Positions 1 to 8,758 of a stretch of 64,000 nt of DNA are shown here, piece after piece. A program made the position numbers and the translations under genes. The stretch is from the NCBI GenBank assembly GCA_025355725.1, contig JANXZC010000079.1, positions 2,680 to 66,679 of the forward strand. Direction: 5' to 3'. Origin of the DNA: Syntrophus sp. (in: bacteria). GTDB taxonomy: Bacteria > Desulfobacterota > Syntrophia > Syntrophales > UBA8958. The notes beneath the pieces were generated by a model. That model saw only the letters and a program-made list of their open reading frames with translations. It was not told where the DNA came from and did not search any database. Numbering within the stretch: position 1 is the stretch's first letter; every line of letters begins with the position of its first letter.

Positions 1-2637
1 ACGCTCAAGCGCATCGAGGAGGCCTTCGGATACCAGAGCAGCGTATTCATCGAATGCTATCGTATATTGACCGCCTGGTTCCGGGAAGCCCAAAGATACG
101 GCGAGGTACAGGTTGCCTTCGAGCAGTGGCGCAAGTTTCTCAGTGTCGCTTATGGGTCCTTCGACGCTCGGGAAACCATCTTTCTCATCCACACCTATCT
201 CAGCGTTTTCGCCAAAATGTTGGCCTACGCCTTCATTTCCAACGATGATTACATGAGCGATGAGGAAATCGGGGAAATTATCGACGGCAGCATCTTTCAG
301 AAGCGCAACATAGGCAACTTTGTTGATAACGATTTCTTTCACTGGGTCAAAGGGGACCAGAGCTTCCGGAATCTGCGGAAGGCATTCCGCTTGATTGCCC
401 AGGAGATCTCCCGGTTCGACTTTACCGACGTGGACGAGGACGTCTTGAAAGGCGTCTATCAGGAACTCATCGATCTCGACACCCGCCGCGCCCTGGGGGA
501 ATATTACACCCCCGATTGGCTTTGCGAGCGTATCGTCGGTGAATTCACATTTTCCCCCGGCGACAGGATTCTGGATCCCGCCTGCGGCAGCGGTTCCTTT
601 CTGAGGGCAGCCATCCGGCGGATGAGAGAGATCAACCCCGATATGACTGTAGAGGACATCAATGATGCGGTTTACGGCATCGACATCCACCCCTTGTCGG
701 TGCAAATCGCCAAGACGACCCTCTTGCTGGCCCTGGGCAAGGGCGTTATCTGTGCAAAAAGGCCGATCCATCTGAATATTATCCTTGCCAACACCCTCTT
801 GGCCCCCGAAGGCGTGGAGGATCTTTTCGGCAATGAGTTTACACTGCCCATAGACAAGGAGAAATACGTTCTGAATACGCAGGTCTTTGAAGACGTCCAT
901 CTGTTTGACGACGCCCTGGACACGTGTGAGGAATTGTCCGCCTGGGATCTGCATCAGCCGAAGAAGAACAAGAAAGAATTTTCAACCATCCTGAACCGGC
1001 GTGTCTTAAGCGGCGTCAATCGCTTGCAGGCGGACAGTTTTTACGAGATATATCTCGGGCTGAAAAAGGTCAAGGAACAGGGAAGGGACAGCATCTGGAA
1101 ATTCATCATTCAGAACCTCTACAAGCCCTATTTCCTTTCCGGTAAATTTGACTTTATCATCGGCAATCCGCCCTGGTTCACTTACAGTGCCATTAAAAAC
1201 GAAGAATATCAGAACATTCTGAACGTATTGGCCGAACGGTACGACGTGAAGCCCGAAAAGGCCGCCAACTATCCCCATCTGGAGATTGCCGCCATCTTTC
1301 TGGCCCACTGCGGAGCTTATTTTCTGAAAGAAAAGGGTAGGCTGGCCTTTGTCCTGCCGCGGAGTTTCTTCAGCGCCGATCACCACGACAATACCCGCAG
1401 TGGCCGGGCCTTGGGCTATCGAATCTCCCAGATGTGGGATTTGCAGGACGTCTCCCCCCTGTTCCGTGTTCCCGCTTGCGTCCTTTTCGCTGAAAAGGCG
1501 GAAGGAAAGAAAAAGCGCCATCTTCCGGCGACCGGGGTTCCGGGAATCGCCTTCAACGGCAACCTGCCCGCCCATAATTGCAATCTCCAGGCGGCGTCGC
1601 CCCGGCTTCACGAAAGGCCAGTAAACTGGTTTTACGCCAAGCAGGGACGGGCCTCGGCCTTCTCGACCAAGAAAACGAAACCGACAACCATTGAGAATCC
1701 CTACAAGAAACGATTCCGGCAGGGCGCCACGATCGTCCCCCGGGCATTTTACTTCGTCGAACTGGACCAGGCGCCGCCCCCCGACTTTGAAGACCGTATG
1801 ATCTCAATCAAAACAGCCCCCGCCATTCAGGCCGACGCCAAGGCGCCTTGGAAAGGCATCACCCTGAGTGGGAAGATCGAAAGCCGCTTTTTGTTCCGGA
1901 CGGCCATCGCCCGAAGCATCCTGCCCTTTGCCCTTCACGATCCTTCCCTGATTGCGCTGCCCGTGACGGCGGAACGTAACACCCAGGGAGACAAAAGCAT
2001 TCGCCTCTATGCCCCCGATGAGCTCCTCCGGGAGGGCTGGCTGAACGCCGCCCGCTGGTTCAGAAATGTAGAAAACATCTGGAAAACGGCGCGAACCGAA
2101 AAGAATCAGACCATCAGCAGCGAAAACTATCTGAACTGGCAGCACAAACTGACGGAGCAGTCCTTGGACGCCCCCTGGCTTGTCCTGTACAGCGCCTCCG
2201 CCAAGGACGCCAATGCCGTCGCGATCCGGCGCGACGACCTCGACCGGGATTTTTTTGTCGATCACACAACCTACTGGTTTGCCACAAATGACCCGGAAGA
2301 GGCTTATTACCTGACGGCCATCCTCAATTCCACTGTCCCCAACGCCCTGATGAAGGACTTCCAGGCCAAGGGTTTGTTCGGAGAACGGCATGTTCATAAG
2401 AAGATCCTCGATGTCTATTTCCCCGCGTTCGACCGGAACAATGCCGCCCATCTATCGCTTGCCGCCCTCGGCCGGACGGCCCACGAACAGACCGCCGCGT
2501 ATCTGAAGGAAAACCCGCCGCTTCCATTTCTCACCGCCCTTCCCCTGGGCCGTCTCCGGCTGAGCATCAAGGGTCGGATGACTGAAGAAATGAGCAAAAT
2601 CGATAAAACTGTCCGGCAGATCATGGCCGACTCTTGA
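1..2637 (+). CDS. N6-adenine DNA methyltransferase, Eco57I/type IIG-like (gamma-class motif order), 5' end cut by the window edge
   Basis: Frame 1 is open from nt 1, with no stop before the TTG at 67, so the gene begins upstream of the window. Motif X GEYYTP is present, as are SAM motif I DPACGSGSFL (nt 571-600) and catalytic motif IV GNPPWF (nt 1162-1179). About 380 aa follow the methylase core and could be a target-recognition region. Confidence 0.8.
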   Translation, partial: TLKRIEEAFGYQSSVFIECYRILTAWFREAQRYGEVQVAFEQWRKFLSVAYGSFDARETIFLIHTYLSVFAKMLAYAFISNDDYMSDEEIGEIIDGSIFQKRNIGNFVDNDFFHWVKGDQSFRNLRKAFRLIAQEISRFDFTDVDEDVLKGVYQELIDLDTRRALGEYYTPDWLCERIVGEFTFSPGDRILDPACGSGSFLRAAIRRMREINPDMTVEDINDAVYGIDIHPLSVQIAKTTLLLALGKGVICAKRPIHLNIILANTLLAPEGVEDLFGNEFTLPIDKEKYVLNTQVFEDVHLFDDALDTCEELSAWDLHQPKKNKKEFSTILNRRVLSGVNRLQADSFYEIYLGLKKVKEQGRDSIWKFIIQNLYKPYFLSGKFDFIIGNPPWFTYSAIKNEEYQNILNVLAERYDVKPEKAANYPHLEIAAIFLAHCGAYFLKEKGRLAFVLPRSFFSADHHDNTRSGRALGYRISQMWDLQDVSPLFRVPACVLFAEKAEGKKKRHLPATGVPGIAFNGNLPAHNCNLQAASPRLHERPVNWFYAKQGRASAFSTKKTKPTTIENPYKKRFRQGATIVPRAFYFVELDQAPPPDFEDRMISIKTAPAIQADAKAPWKGITLSGKIESRFLFRTAIARSILPFALHDPSLIALPVTAERNTQGDKSIRLYAPDELLREGWLNAARWFRNVENIWKTARTEKNQTISSENYLNWQHKLTEQSLDAPWLVLYSASAKDANAVAIRRDDLDRDFFVDHTTYWFATNDPEEAYYLTAILNSTVPNALMKDFQAKGLFGERHVHKKILDVYFPAFDRNNAAHLSLAALGRTAHEQTAAYLKENPPLPFLTALPLGRLRLSIKGRMTEEMSKIDKTVRQIMADS

Positions 2638-2728
2638 CGATATTCGGGAAAAGAAAGGGAAATATCAAGGAACATTCACTTGCCGTTTTTGAAAATTATA
2701 AAATTCGTAGAAGCTAAATTGACATAAA

Positions 2729-2956
2729 ATGATCGATCTCGGGTGCATCTGGGACATCTTCCGGAAACCAAAAGAACAGGGGACAGATTTTTTTTACCAA
2801 CAATTCCAAAAGGGGCAATTTCTAGTAGATGCAGGAATAGCAAGACGCCAGACAGCAGCAGAATATCTCAAGGAACTGGAGAGAATCGGGATTCTGAAAC
2901 CTCACAAAATAGGCAAGGAAACAGCCAGGCAGAAGGTCGAAAGGAGTTTCTCAACC
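2729..2956 (+). pseudogene. Remnant of the C-terminal winged-helix region of a Fic/DOC-family gene, read in frame into dinD
   Basis: The segment FLVDAGIARRQTAAEYLKELERIGILKPHKIGKE matches the conserved C-terminal HTH tail of Fic-family proteins. No Fic core (HxFxxGNGR) lies upstream, and a stop sits at 2720-2722. The real dinD start, with its own RBS, is at 2957. Confidence 0.45.
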
Positions 2957-3814
2957 ATGAGCAAGGGAATAGGGAAAACCACCGGGGGGCATACTTCGCC
3001 TTTCGAACGGATCAAACGTACGAACGATGCAGGGATGGAGTTTTGGTCAAGCCGTGAATTTGCCGGGGTACTGGGTTACGGCGACTATCGCAATTTTGAG
3101 GGGGTAATTGAGAAGGCCAAGTTGTCCTGTTTCAATAGTGGTTACCGTATCGAAGACCATTTCGTTGACGTCACCGAAATGGTCGCCATCGGTAGCGGCG
3201 CGGAACGACCTGTTAAAACCATCCTCCTGTCCCGCTATGCCTGCTATCTGGCTATTCAGAACGCCGATCCAAAAAAGGAGATTGTGGCGCATGGTCAAAC
3301 CTATTTTGCGATCCAGACGCGGCGGCAGGAATTGGCGGACGGACGCATTGAGGATGAGCGGAGGGTTCTGCTGCGCGAAGAGATGCGCCGCCATAATGTT
3401 CAATTGGCCAACGCGGCCAAAGGTGCCGGCGTTATCGAACCCATAGACTACGCCATCTTTCAGAATCATGGGTATATGGGGCTTTACGGCGGGATGAAAC
3501 AGGATGACATTCACCAGCGGAAAGGCTTGAAAAAGAGCCAGAAGATTCTGGATTACATGGGCAGCACGGAACTGGCGGCGAACCTGTTTCGCGCGACCCA
3601 GGCGGAGGAGAAGTTGCGCCGGGACGAGGTGAAGGGAAAAGACGCCGCAAACCGGACGCATCGTGAAGTCGGCGCGAAGGTACGGCAAACCATTAGGGAA
3701 CTGGGCGGCACGATGCCCGAAGAATTGCCGGCGCTGGAAAGCATCAAGAAGATCGAAACCCGGCAGCGCAAGCGACTCGGCAAGGCTGAGACGCCCGAAA
3801 AAAAGAAAAGTTAG
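2957..3814 (+). CDS. dinD: DNA-damage-inducible protein D (DinD, Bro-N family)
   Basis: Long near-identical blocks to E. coli DinD as I remember it: LSRYACYLAIQNADP, GQTYFAIQTRRQELAD, AIFQNHGYMGLYGG, IHQRKGLKKSQKILDYMGSTELAANLFRATQAEEKL, VRQTIRELGGTMPEELP. ATG at 2957 follows AAGGAG (2941-2946). Confidence 0.9.
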   Translation: MSKGIGKTTGGHTSPFERIKRTNDAGMEFWSSREFAGVLGYGDYRNFEGVIEKAKLSCFNSGYRIEDHFVDVTEMVAIGSGAERPVKTILLSRYACYLAIQNADPKKEIVAHGQTYFAIQTRRQELADGRIEDERRVLLREEMRRHNVQLANAAKGAGVIEPIDYAIFQNHGYMGLYGGMKQDDIHQRKGLKKSQKILDYMGSTELAANLFRATQAEEKLRRDEVKGKDAANRTHREVGAKVRQTIRELGGTMPEELPALESIKKIETRQRKRLGKAETPEKKKS

Positions 3815-3995
3815 ATGGACCCGGCCAAGAAGGCGGCGCGACGTGAGGAGGTGTTTCCGGACGACTGCCGGAAGGCGTTCGAGTTCGGTTGCCGGATCGC
3901 TGCAAAGGCATAAAGGGAATTGAAAAATGCCGGGAACTCTTTCCCCGTCCGGATGCAGCCCAGACAAAGGTGAGTAGGGGTGATTATACGCCCGG

Positions 3996-4919
3996 TCAGG
4001 CGGTCTTTGTTTTTAGGTGGCGATAGTATCTCAGGGGGATCACGAGGCTGAAAAAAGGGATAATATACATGGCGGCGACCATCGTTTCGACAGGGCCGAA
4101 GAATTTAGAGGAGAAAACAATCACCAATACATTGTTCATGTTTCCCAGCATGACCGCGCCGGCCAGTTGATTCTCCAGGGAACTTTTCCTGAAAAAGAAA
4201 ATGCCGATGATGCAGTAGATCGCACACAGCACAATGGCAACGACGGACGCCATGACAATCGTATGGGGTTCTTTTTTGAAAAAAGACGAATAGCGCCAGA
4301 ACACCCCCAGATTAATAACGGCAAAAAGCACGAGGGAGATGGGGAAGTGCTTTTTCATCAAATGCATCAGCAGGTCCGGGGTCAGGCGTCTCAGGACTTC
4401 AACGGCCAGAATGGGAACGAAGATCACCAATGCCAGCATGCGGATCATCCCGAAAAGAGAAATCTCCATTTGCTTCGCCGCAACGAGCTCAATCAAGATC
4501 GGCAATGTAATCGGCGTCAGAAAAGAGGTAATGACTACGACGACAAGGACAAGGGAGCTGTTGCCTCTCACGAGATTGGATATGAAGGGGGCCACGACCC
4601 CTGCGGATACACCCGTCAGCAACAGGGCGGACAGGGCATAGGCCGGGGCAAGGAAATCAAAAATGTAAAACAGCAGGACGGGCAGAAGAATGCTTTTCAA
4701 CAGCGTAAAGGTCAGAATTTTCCGGTGATAGCGTTGCAGCGCCTTCCGGACGGCATCCAGTTCGATGGACAGGTAACTGAGAAAAAACAGCGCCATCAGG
4801 CAATACATGGGCATCGCCTGGAAATAAGCGCCGAAGTCGGGGTAAACGATCCCGACGATCATGGAAGAAAGGACCACGAAGACCAGTAGCACATCATTTA
4901 CGCGGAAGGGCAGTTTCAT
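3996..4919 (-). CDS. Polytopic membrane transporter, bile acid:Na+ symporter (BASS/SBF-like) family
   Basis: 307 aa and hydrophobic throughout (about 9-10 TM segments). SAGVVAPFISN and ENQLAGAVMLGN resemble the two BASS signature regions. Family assignment is by pattern only. Confidence 0.55.
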   Translation of the reverse strand: MKLPFRVNDVLLVFVVLSSMIVGIVYPDFGAYFQAMPMYCLMALFFLSYLSIELDAVRKALQRYHRKILTFTLLKSILLPVLLFYIFDFLAPAYALSALLLTGVSAGVVAPFISNLVRGNSSLVLVVVVITSFLTPITLPILIELVAAKQMEISLFGMIRMLALVIFVPILAVEVLRRLTPDLLMHLMKKHFPISLVLFAVINLGVFWRYSSFFKKEPHTIVMASVVAIVLCAIYCIIGIFFFRKSSLENQLAGAVMLGNMNNVLVIVFSSKFFGPVETMVAAMYIIPFFSLVIPLRYYRHLKTKTA

Positions 4920-5024
4920 GATCGTTAGAATAACAGAGAGCGCTTATCCGATCAATACCTCATTCGGTGCCCACCGAAATAAACATTCAAATCCGAGCCA
5001 CTTAGGAGAAATAGGTGGACGGCC

Positions 5025-5456
5025 CTATTTCCAGTAGGTGTTCCAAAGCGGTCGGGCAATGCCGTTTTCGTAAGTCATCTCCGAGAGGACGCCGTCCGGT
5101 GTGAGGATGAATACGGCGGCGTCATAACGGAGGAGATTGCCCGTGGCATCCAGCTTGGGGGACGCCTTCAGGACATCACTCATGGGTACGGAGAGGGAGA
5201 GCTGGCCCCCCCGATAAAAAGAACGCTGATAATGGAGGGCGAAATGACCTTTCATGTCAACGATGTCGGAAGGGGCGCCGTAGGAGGCGAGGATGTCTGC
5301 GAGGGTGGTCTTGCCGACGGCAAATTCCTGGGGCAAGGGTTTCACTTCCGCACCGTCGGTGACCTTGTCGATGCGCAGGGAAAGACAGCCCCCGAGGATC
5401 AGGGAGGCAACAAGCAGGACCGCTACCCCAAGGTGGCGCTTAGAACGGCGTCCCAT
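5025..5456 (-). CDS. Small lipoprotein, BamE/SmpA_OmlA-like, paralog of the upstream gene
   Basis: Signal peptide with lipobox LILGGC. The block GKTTLADILASYGAPSDIV aligns with GQTTAAELTKMFGPPSQIV of the neighbour. The start is taken at the internal Met (MGRRSKRHLG); the track ORF extends to 5489. Confidence 0.6.
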   Translation of the reverse strand: MGRRSKRHLGVAVLLVASLILGGCLSLRIDKVTDGAEVKPLPQEFAVGKTTLADILASYGAPSDIVDMKGHFALHYQRSFYRGGQLSLSVPMSDVLKASPKLDATGNLLRYDAAVFILTPDGVLSEMTYENGIARPLWNTYWK

Positions 5457-5817
5457 AAGCGGCCGTGTCGGTTTTGAAGCTGCTGCCATAGTGGGTCACC
5501 ACGTCGTTTTTGTTGATAAAAAAGACCAGGCGATCATGCTGGATGTCATAATTGGCAAAGGTTACCAGCACCAGCCAGACGCCCGTGGCCTTGCTCAGGG
5601 TCCGGTCGTACACATAAGCGTTACCGTTGGCCAGCTTGACAATCTGGCTGGGGGGGCCGAACATTTTGGTGAGCTCCGCGGCGGTGGTCTGGCCGGGTTT
5701 TACCTGGGTGAGGACCTGCTCGTCGAAGGGCCGGAAATCCTTGTTCCGCCCGAAGACCGCACATCCCGACAGGAACGTGATGATCACAATCCCCAAGATG
5801 ATGGTTCTGAATTGCAT
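5440..5817 (-). CDS. Small lipoprotein, BamE/SmpA_OmlA-like
   Basis: MQFRTIILGIVIITFLSGC carries the lipobox FLSGC. ATG at 5817 follows AAGGAG; the track ORF extends to 5841. Confidence 0.6.
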   Translation of the reverse strand: MQFRTIILGIVIITFLSGCAVFGRNKDFRPFDEQVLTQVKPGQTTAAELTKMFGPPSQIVKLANGNAYVYDRTLSKATGVWLVLVTFANYDIQHDRLVFFINKNDVVTHYGSSFKTDTAAYGTPF

Positions 5818-5880
5818 ATCCCTTTTCTCCTTCCTCTTCAATGGAACTGACGCTTTTTCGAAACGGCGGTTGATGCCTTG

Positions 5881-5909
5881 TCTATAGAGGGGATAAACCC
5901 TCCTGTCAA
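5881..5909 (-). promoter_or_regulatory. Candidate sigma-70 promoter for the lipoprotein pair
   Basis: The minus strand reads TTGACA-N17-TATAGA (TTGACAggagggtttatcccctcTATAGA). It sits between the ligase stop (5949) and the lipoprotein start. Confidence 0.4.
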
Positions 5910-5948
5910 GAAATTCAAAATTACCCGGCGGAGATTGCCGCGTTCCAT

Positions 5949-7487
5949 TCAGGCCGGGTCCAGCCGCTTTTTCAAGATCCGTTTCAGGACCTTCCCCGCC
6001 TGGTTCCGGGGAAAGGCATCGACGAAGATGATCTTCCGGGGGATTTTATAGGGGGCGATCTTGCCCTGCAAGGCCGTCAAGATTTCGCTTTCCGTGATCA
6101 CGGCCTCTTTTTGCAGGACAATGAAGGCCGCCACCGCTTCCTCCCGCTTGGGATCGGCCATGGCCACCACGGCCGCCTCGGCGATCTGGGGGAGGGCCTG
6201 GAGGGCCCTCTCCACCTCGACGGGATAGATGTTTTCCCCCGACGAAATGATCATCTCCACCTTGCGGCCGATGATGTAGACAAATCCTTCATCATCGCGC
6301 CGGCCCATGTCGCCGGTGTGAAACCAGCCCCCGGCCATGGCCGTATTTGTCGCCTCCTCCTTCCGCCAGTATCCCTGGAAGATATTCGGTCCCTGGACGA
6401 TGATCTCGCCCGCCTCGCCCGCGGGGATATCCCGGTCCTTTTCATCGACGATGCGCAAACGGACGTGAAAGACCTCTTTGCCGACGGAGCCGGCTTTGCG
6501 AATCGCTTCTTCGAGATCGAGGGACGTCAGGCGCCCGGTTTCCGTCAGGGCATAGCCCTGGACGAAACCGACGCCCTTTTCTTCCTGGTACTTCCGGATG
6601 ACGGGCAGCGGTATCGGCGCGCCGCCGGAGATGAAAAAATGGACGTGGGAGAGATCGGCGGCCGGCCAGTTCTCCGTTTCCGTCATTAACTGAAACATGA
6701 CGGGGACGGCGAACATGTAGTTGATCTTTTCCGCCTCGATCAGCTTGAGCGTCTCCGCGGCGCTATAGAAGGAACTGATCACGATGCTGCCGCCGGCGTA
6801 AACGATGGGCGTCACCGATGCTGCCAGGGCGCCGATATGAAAGAGGGGGGCCACCACCAGGGACTTGTAGGAACGGTCCACGCCATAGCCCAGGAGGGAA
6901 TGGATGGCCCCGAAGAGGACATTCCCGTGGGTCAGGACGGCTCCCTTGGGGTCTCCCGTCGTCCCGGCGGTGTACATGATGAAAAGAGGGTCTTGCAGAT
7001 CCACGTCGTTCGGGTCTGCAGGCTCTGACGCCGGGCAACGATCGACCCGCTCCTCAAACGGAGGATCATTGGGCGGAGGATTGTCGGGAAGGGAATCGCC
7101 TCCGTGGCGGAAATAATGGGTCAGGGCCAGGCCGGCCGCTTTCAATTCGCCCACTTTCGGGGCAAACTCGGCGTCATAGATCAAAATCCCGGGTTCGGCG
7201 TCCTTCATGATATACATGAGCTCCGGCGCGGCGAGGCGGAAATTCAGGGGTGTTACGACCACTCCCAGCTTGGCGCAGGCGAAGAATATTTCCAGAAACT
7301 CGCTGCGGTTGGACATGAGCAGGGCCACCCGGTCGCCTTTGGCGACACCGCAACCTTTCAGGGCATGGGCCGTTCGGTTCACCCGCTCGTTGAACTCCCG
7401 GTTGGTGAAGATGCGGTCCTTATCTTTCAGGAAGTTATTTTCCGGGCGGACGATGGCCCGCTTTTGGATCCATTCGCCGATGTTCAA
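5949..7487 (-). CDS. ANL-superfamily adenylating enzyme (acyl/aryl-CoA or -ACP ligase)
   Basis: AMP-binding motifs YTAGTTGDPKG, GYALTETG, FHTGDMG, GRKVEMIISSGENIYPVEVE and PRNQAGKVLKR. The TTG start overlaps the upstream stop as TTGA. Confidence 0.85.
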   Translation of the reverse strand: MNIGEWIQKRAIVRPENNFLKDKDRIFTNREFNERVNRTAHALKGCGVAKGDRVALLMSNRSEFLEIFFACAKLGVVVTPLNFRLAAPELMYIMKDAEPGILIYDAEFAPKVGELKAAGLALTHYFRHGGDSLPDNPPPNDPPFEERVDRCPASEPADPNDVDLQDPLFIMYTAGTTGDPKGAVLTHGNVLFGAIHSLLGYGVDRSYKSLVVAPLFHIGALAASVTPIVYAGGSIVISSFYSAAETLKLIEAEKINYMFAVPVMFQLMTETENWPAADLSHVHFFISGGAPIPLPVIRKYQEEKGVGFVQGYALTETGRLTSLDLEEAIRKAGSVGKEVFHVRLRIVDEKDRDIPAGEAGEIIVQGPNIFQGYWRKEEATNTAMAGGWFHTGDMGRRDDEGFVYIIGRKVEMIISSGENIYPVEVERALQALPQIAEAAVVAMADPKREEAVAAFIVLQKEAVITESEILTALQGKIAPYKIPRKIIFVDAFPRNQAGKVLKRILKKRLDPA

Positions 7488-8758
7488 TGTTCTTCCTCCT
7501 CTTCTTGGGAATGTGAAAAGACAAGGTAAACGTAGGTCCCGCCGAAGGAGATGCCGGCGAGGAGGGCATGCTCAATGGGCAGCGCCTTCGTTTTACCCTT
7601 GACGAAAGCAAGGGCGCTCAGGGGCTCCGCAAGCCCGACCGTCGGGGGGAGTGCCCCCTTTTCCAGGGACAGGGCCAGGGCGCAGGCCCGCATGCCCCCT
7701 CCGGAGAAACTCTCCCCGAGGGCGCCCTTCAGCGACGTGATGGCAGGACCGTTTTTGTCCTTGACGCCGGCAAAGATATCGGCATAGGCCGCCGCCTCCA
7801 CGGCATCCAGGATCAGGCCGCCGTTTGCCGCCGCCGAGACGGCCTGAATATCTTCGGGGCCAATGCCCGCATTGTCAAGGGCGCGCCGGATTGTCCGCTT
7901 GATGCCCGCCGGATCGGTGGGCCACTGGGTCGGCGGCGTCGGCGACGACCCCATGCCCATGCCGGTTAATTCACAATAGGGCTTCCGCCCTCTGGCCCTG
8001 GCCGACTCCCGGCTTTCCAGGCAGAGGATGCCGCAGCCTTCCCCGACGACCATGCCGTTGCGGTCCCGATCAAAGGGATGGCAGGCCTCCGTTTTTCCGT
8101 TCCCCGGAGAAAGGGCATAAAACCGGCTGAGGGCCTCAAAATAGAAGGGGGAGATGATGTCTGCGCCCCCGGTGAGGATGTAATCGGCGGCGCCGCGCCG
8201 GATTTCGGCGATGCCGTAGGCCAGGGCTGCCTCGGCGGAAACGGCGAAGTGGGTGACGGTGACGTTGACGCCGCGAAAACCCAGCTCGATGGAGGCGTTC
8301 CCCGCCGCCGCGTTCAGGACCGTGTTCGGCACCAGGATGGGGTTGACGAAGGAAGGACCCTCCTTAATCAGTGTTTCTGCCAGGTGGACGGTGACATCCG
8401 TGGCGCCGAAGGCCGTCCCCATCAGGATGCCGATGCGGTCGCGGTTGGCCAAATTAACTGCAATGCCCGCGTCTTCCAGGGCCAGACGCGCTGCCGCCGT
8501 CGTCAGTTGGGAGATCCGGTCCATCCGGCGCAGGTTTTTAAGGGAAATGAAATCGCGGGGCGAGAAATCGGTCACCTCCGCCCCCAGGTGGGAGGGAAAA
8601 TTATCGGTCGGAAACGATTTTATGTCGGAAATGGCACTCTCCCCCGAAAAAAGCCTGCTTCCAAAGGCCTCCTTGCCGACACCCAGCGGGGTCGCCATCC
8701 CGATGCCGGTCACGACGACCCGCCCGGAGTCTTCGGGGTGGGGACGATGGTTACCCAT
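7484..8758 (-). CDS. Ketosynthase-like protein lacking the Cys-His-His triad (chain-length-factor-like partner)
   Basis: KAS I/II fold is evident (VVVTGIGMATPLG, HPFDRDRNGMVVGEG). The catalytic positions read THFAVSA (Cys to Phe171), SAAANGG (His to Ala) and LKGALGESF (His to Glu). The C-terminus is SHSQEEEEEH. The start overlaps the upstream KS stop by 8 nt (ATGGGTAA). Confidence 0.8.
   Translation of the reverse strand: MGNHRPHPEDSGRVVVTGIGMATPLGVGKEAFGSRLFSGESAISDIKSFPTDNFPSHLGAEVTDFSPRDFISLKNLRRMDRISQLTTAAARLALEDAGIAVNLANRDRIGILMGTAFGATDVTVHLAETLIKEGPSFVNPILVPNTVLNAAAGNASIELGFRGVNVTVTHFAVSAEAALAYGIAEIRRGAADYILTGGADIISPFYFEALSRFYALSPGNGKTEACHPFDRDRNGMVVGEGCGILCLESRESARARGRKPYCELTGMGMGSSPTPPTQWPTDPAGIKRTIRRALDNAGIGPEDIQAVSAAANGGLILDAVEAAAYADIFAGVKDKNGPAITSLKGALGESFSGGGMRACALALSLEKGALPPTVGLAEPLSALAFVKGKTKALPIEHALLAGISFGGTYVYLVFSHSQEEEEEH

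Noticed and set aside
3815-3913. A 32-aa ORF (MDPAKKAARREEVFPDDCRKAFEFGCRIAAKA) starting immediately after the dinD stop.
   Set aside because: It has no RBS and no recognisable family. It is short and sits in a convergent intergenic region, so it cannot be supported from sequence alone.
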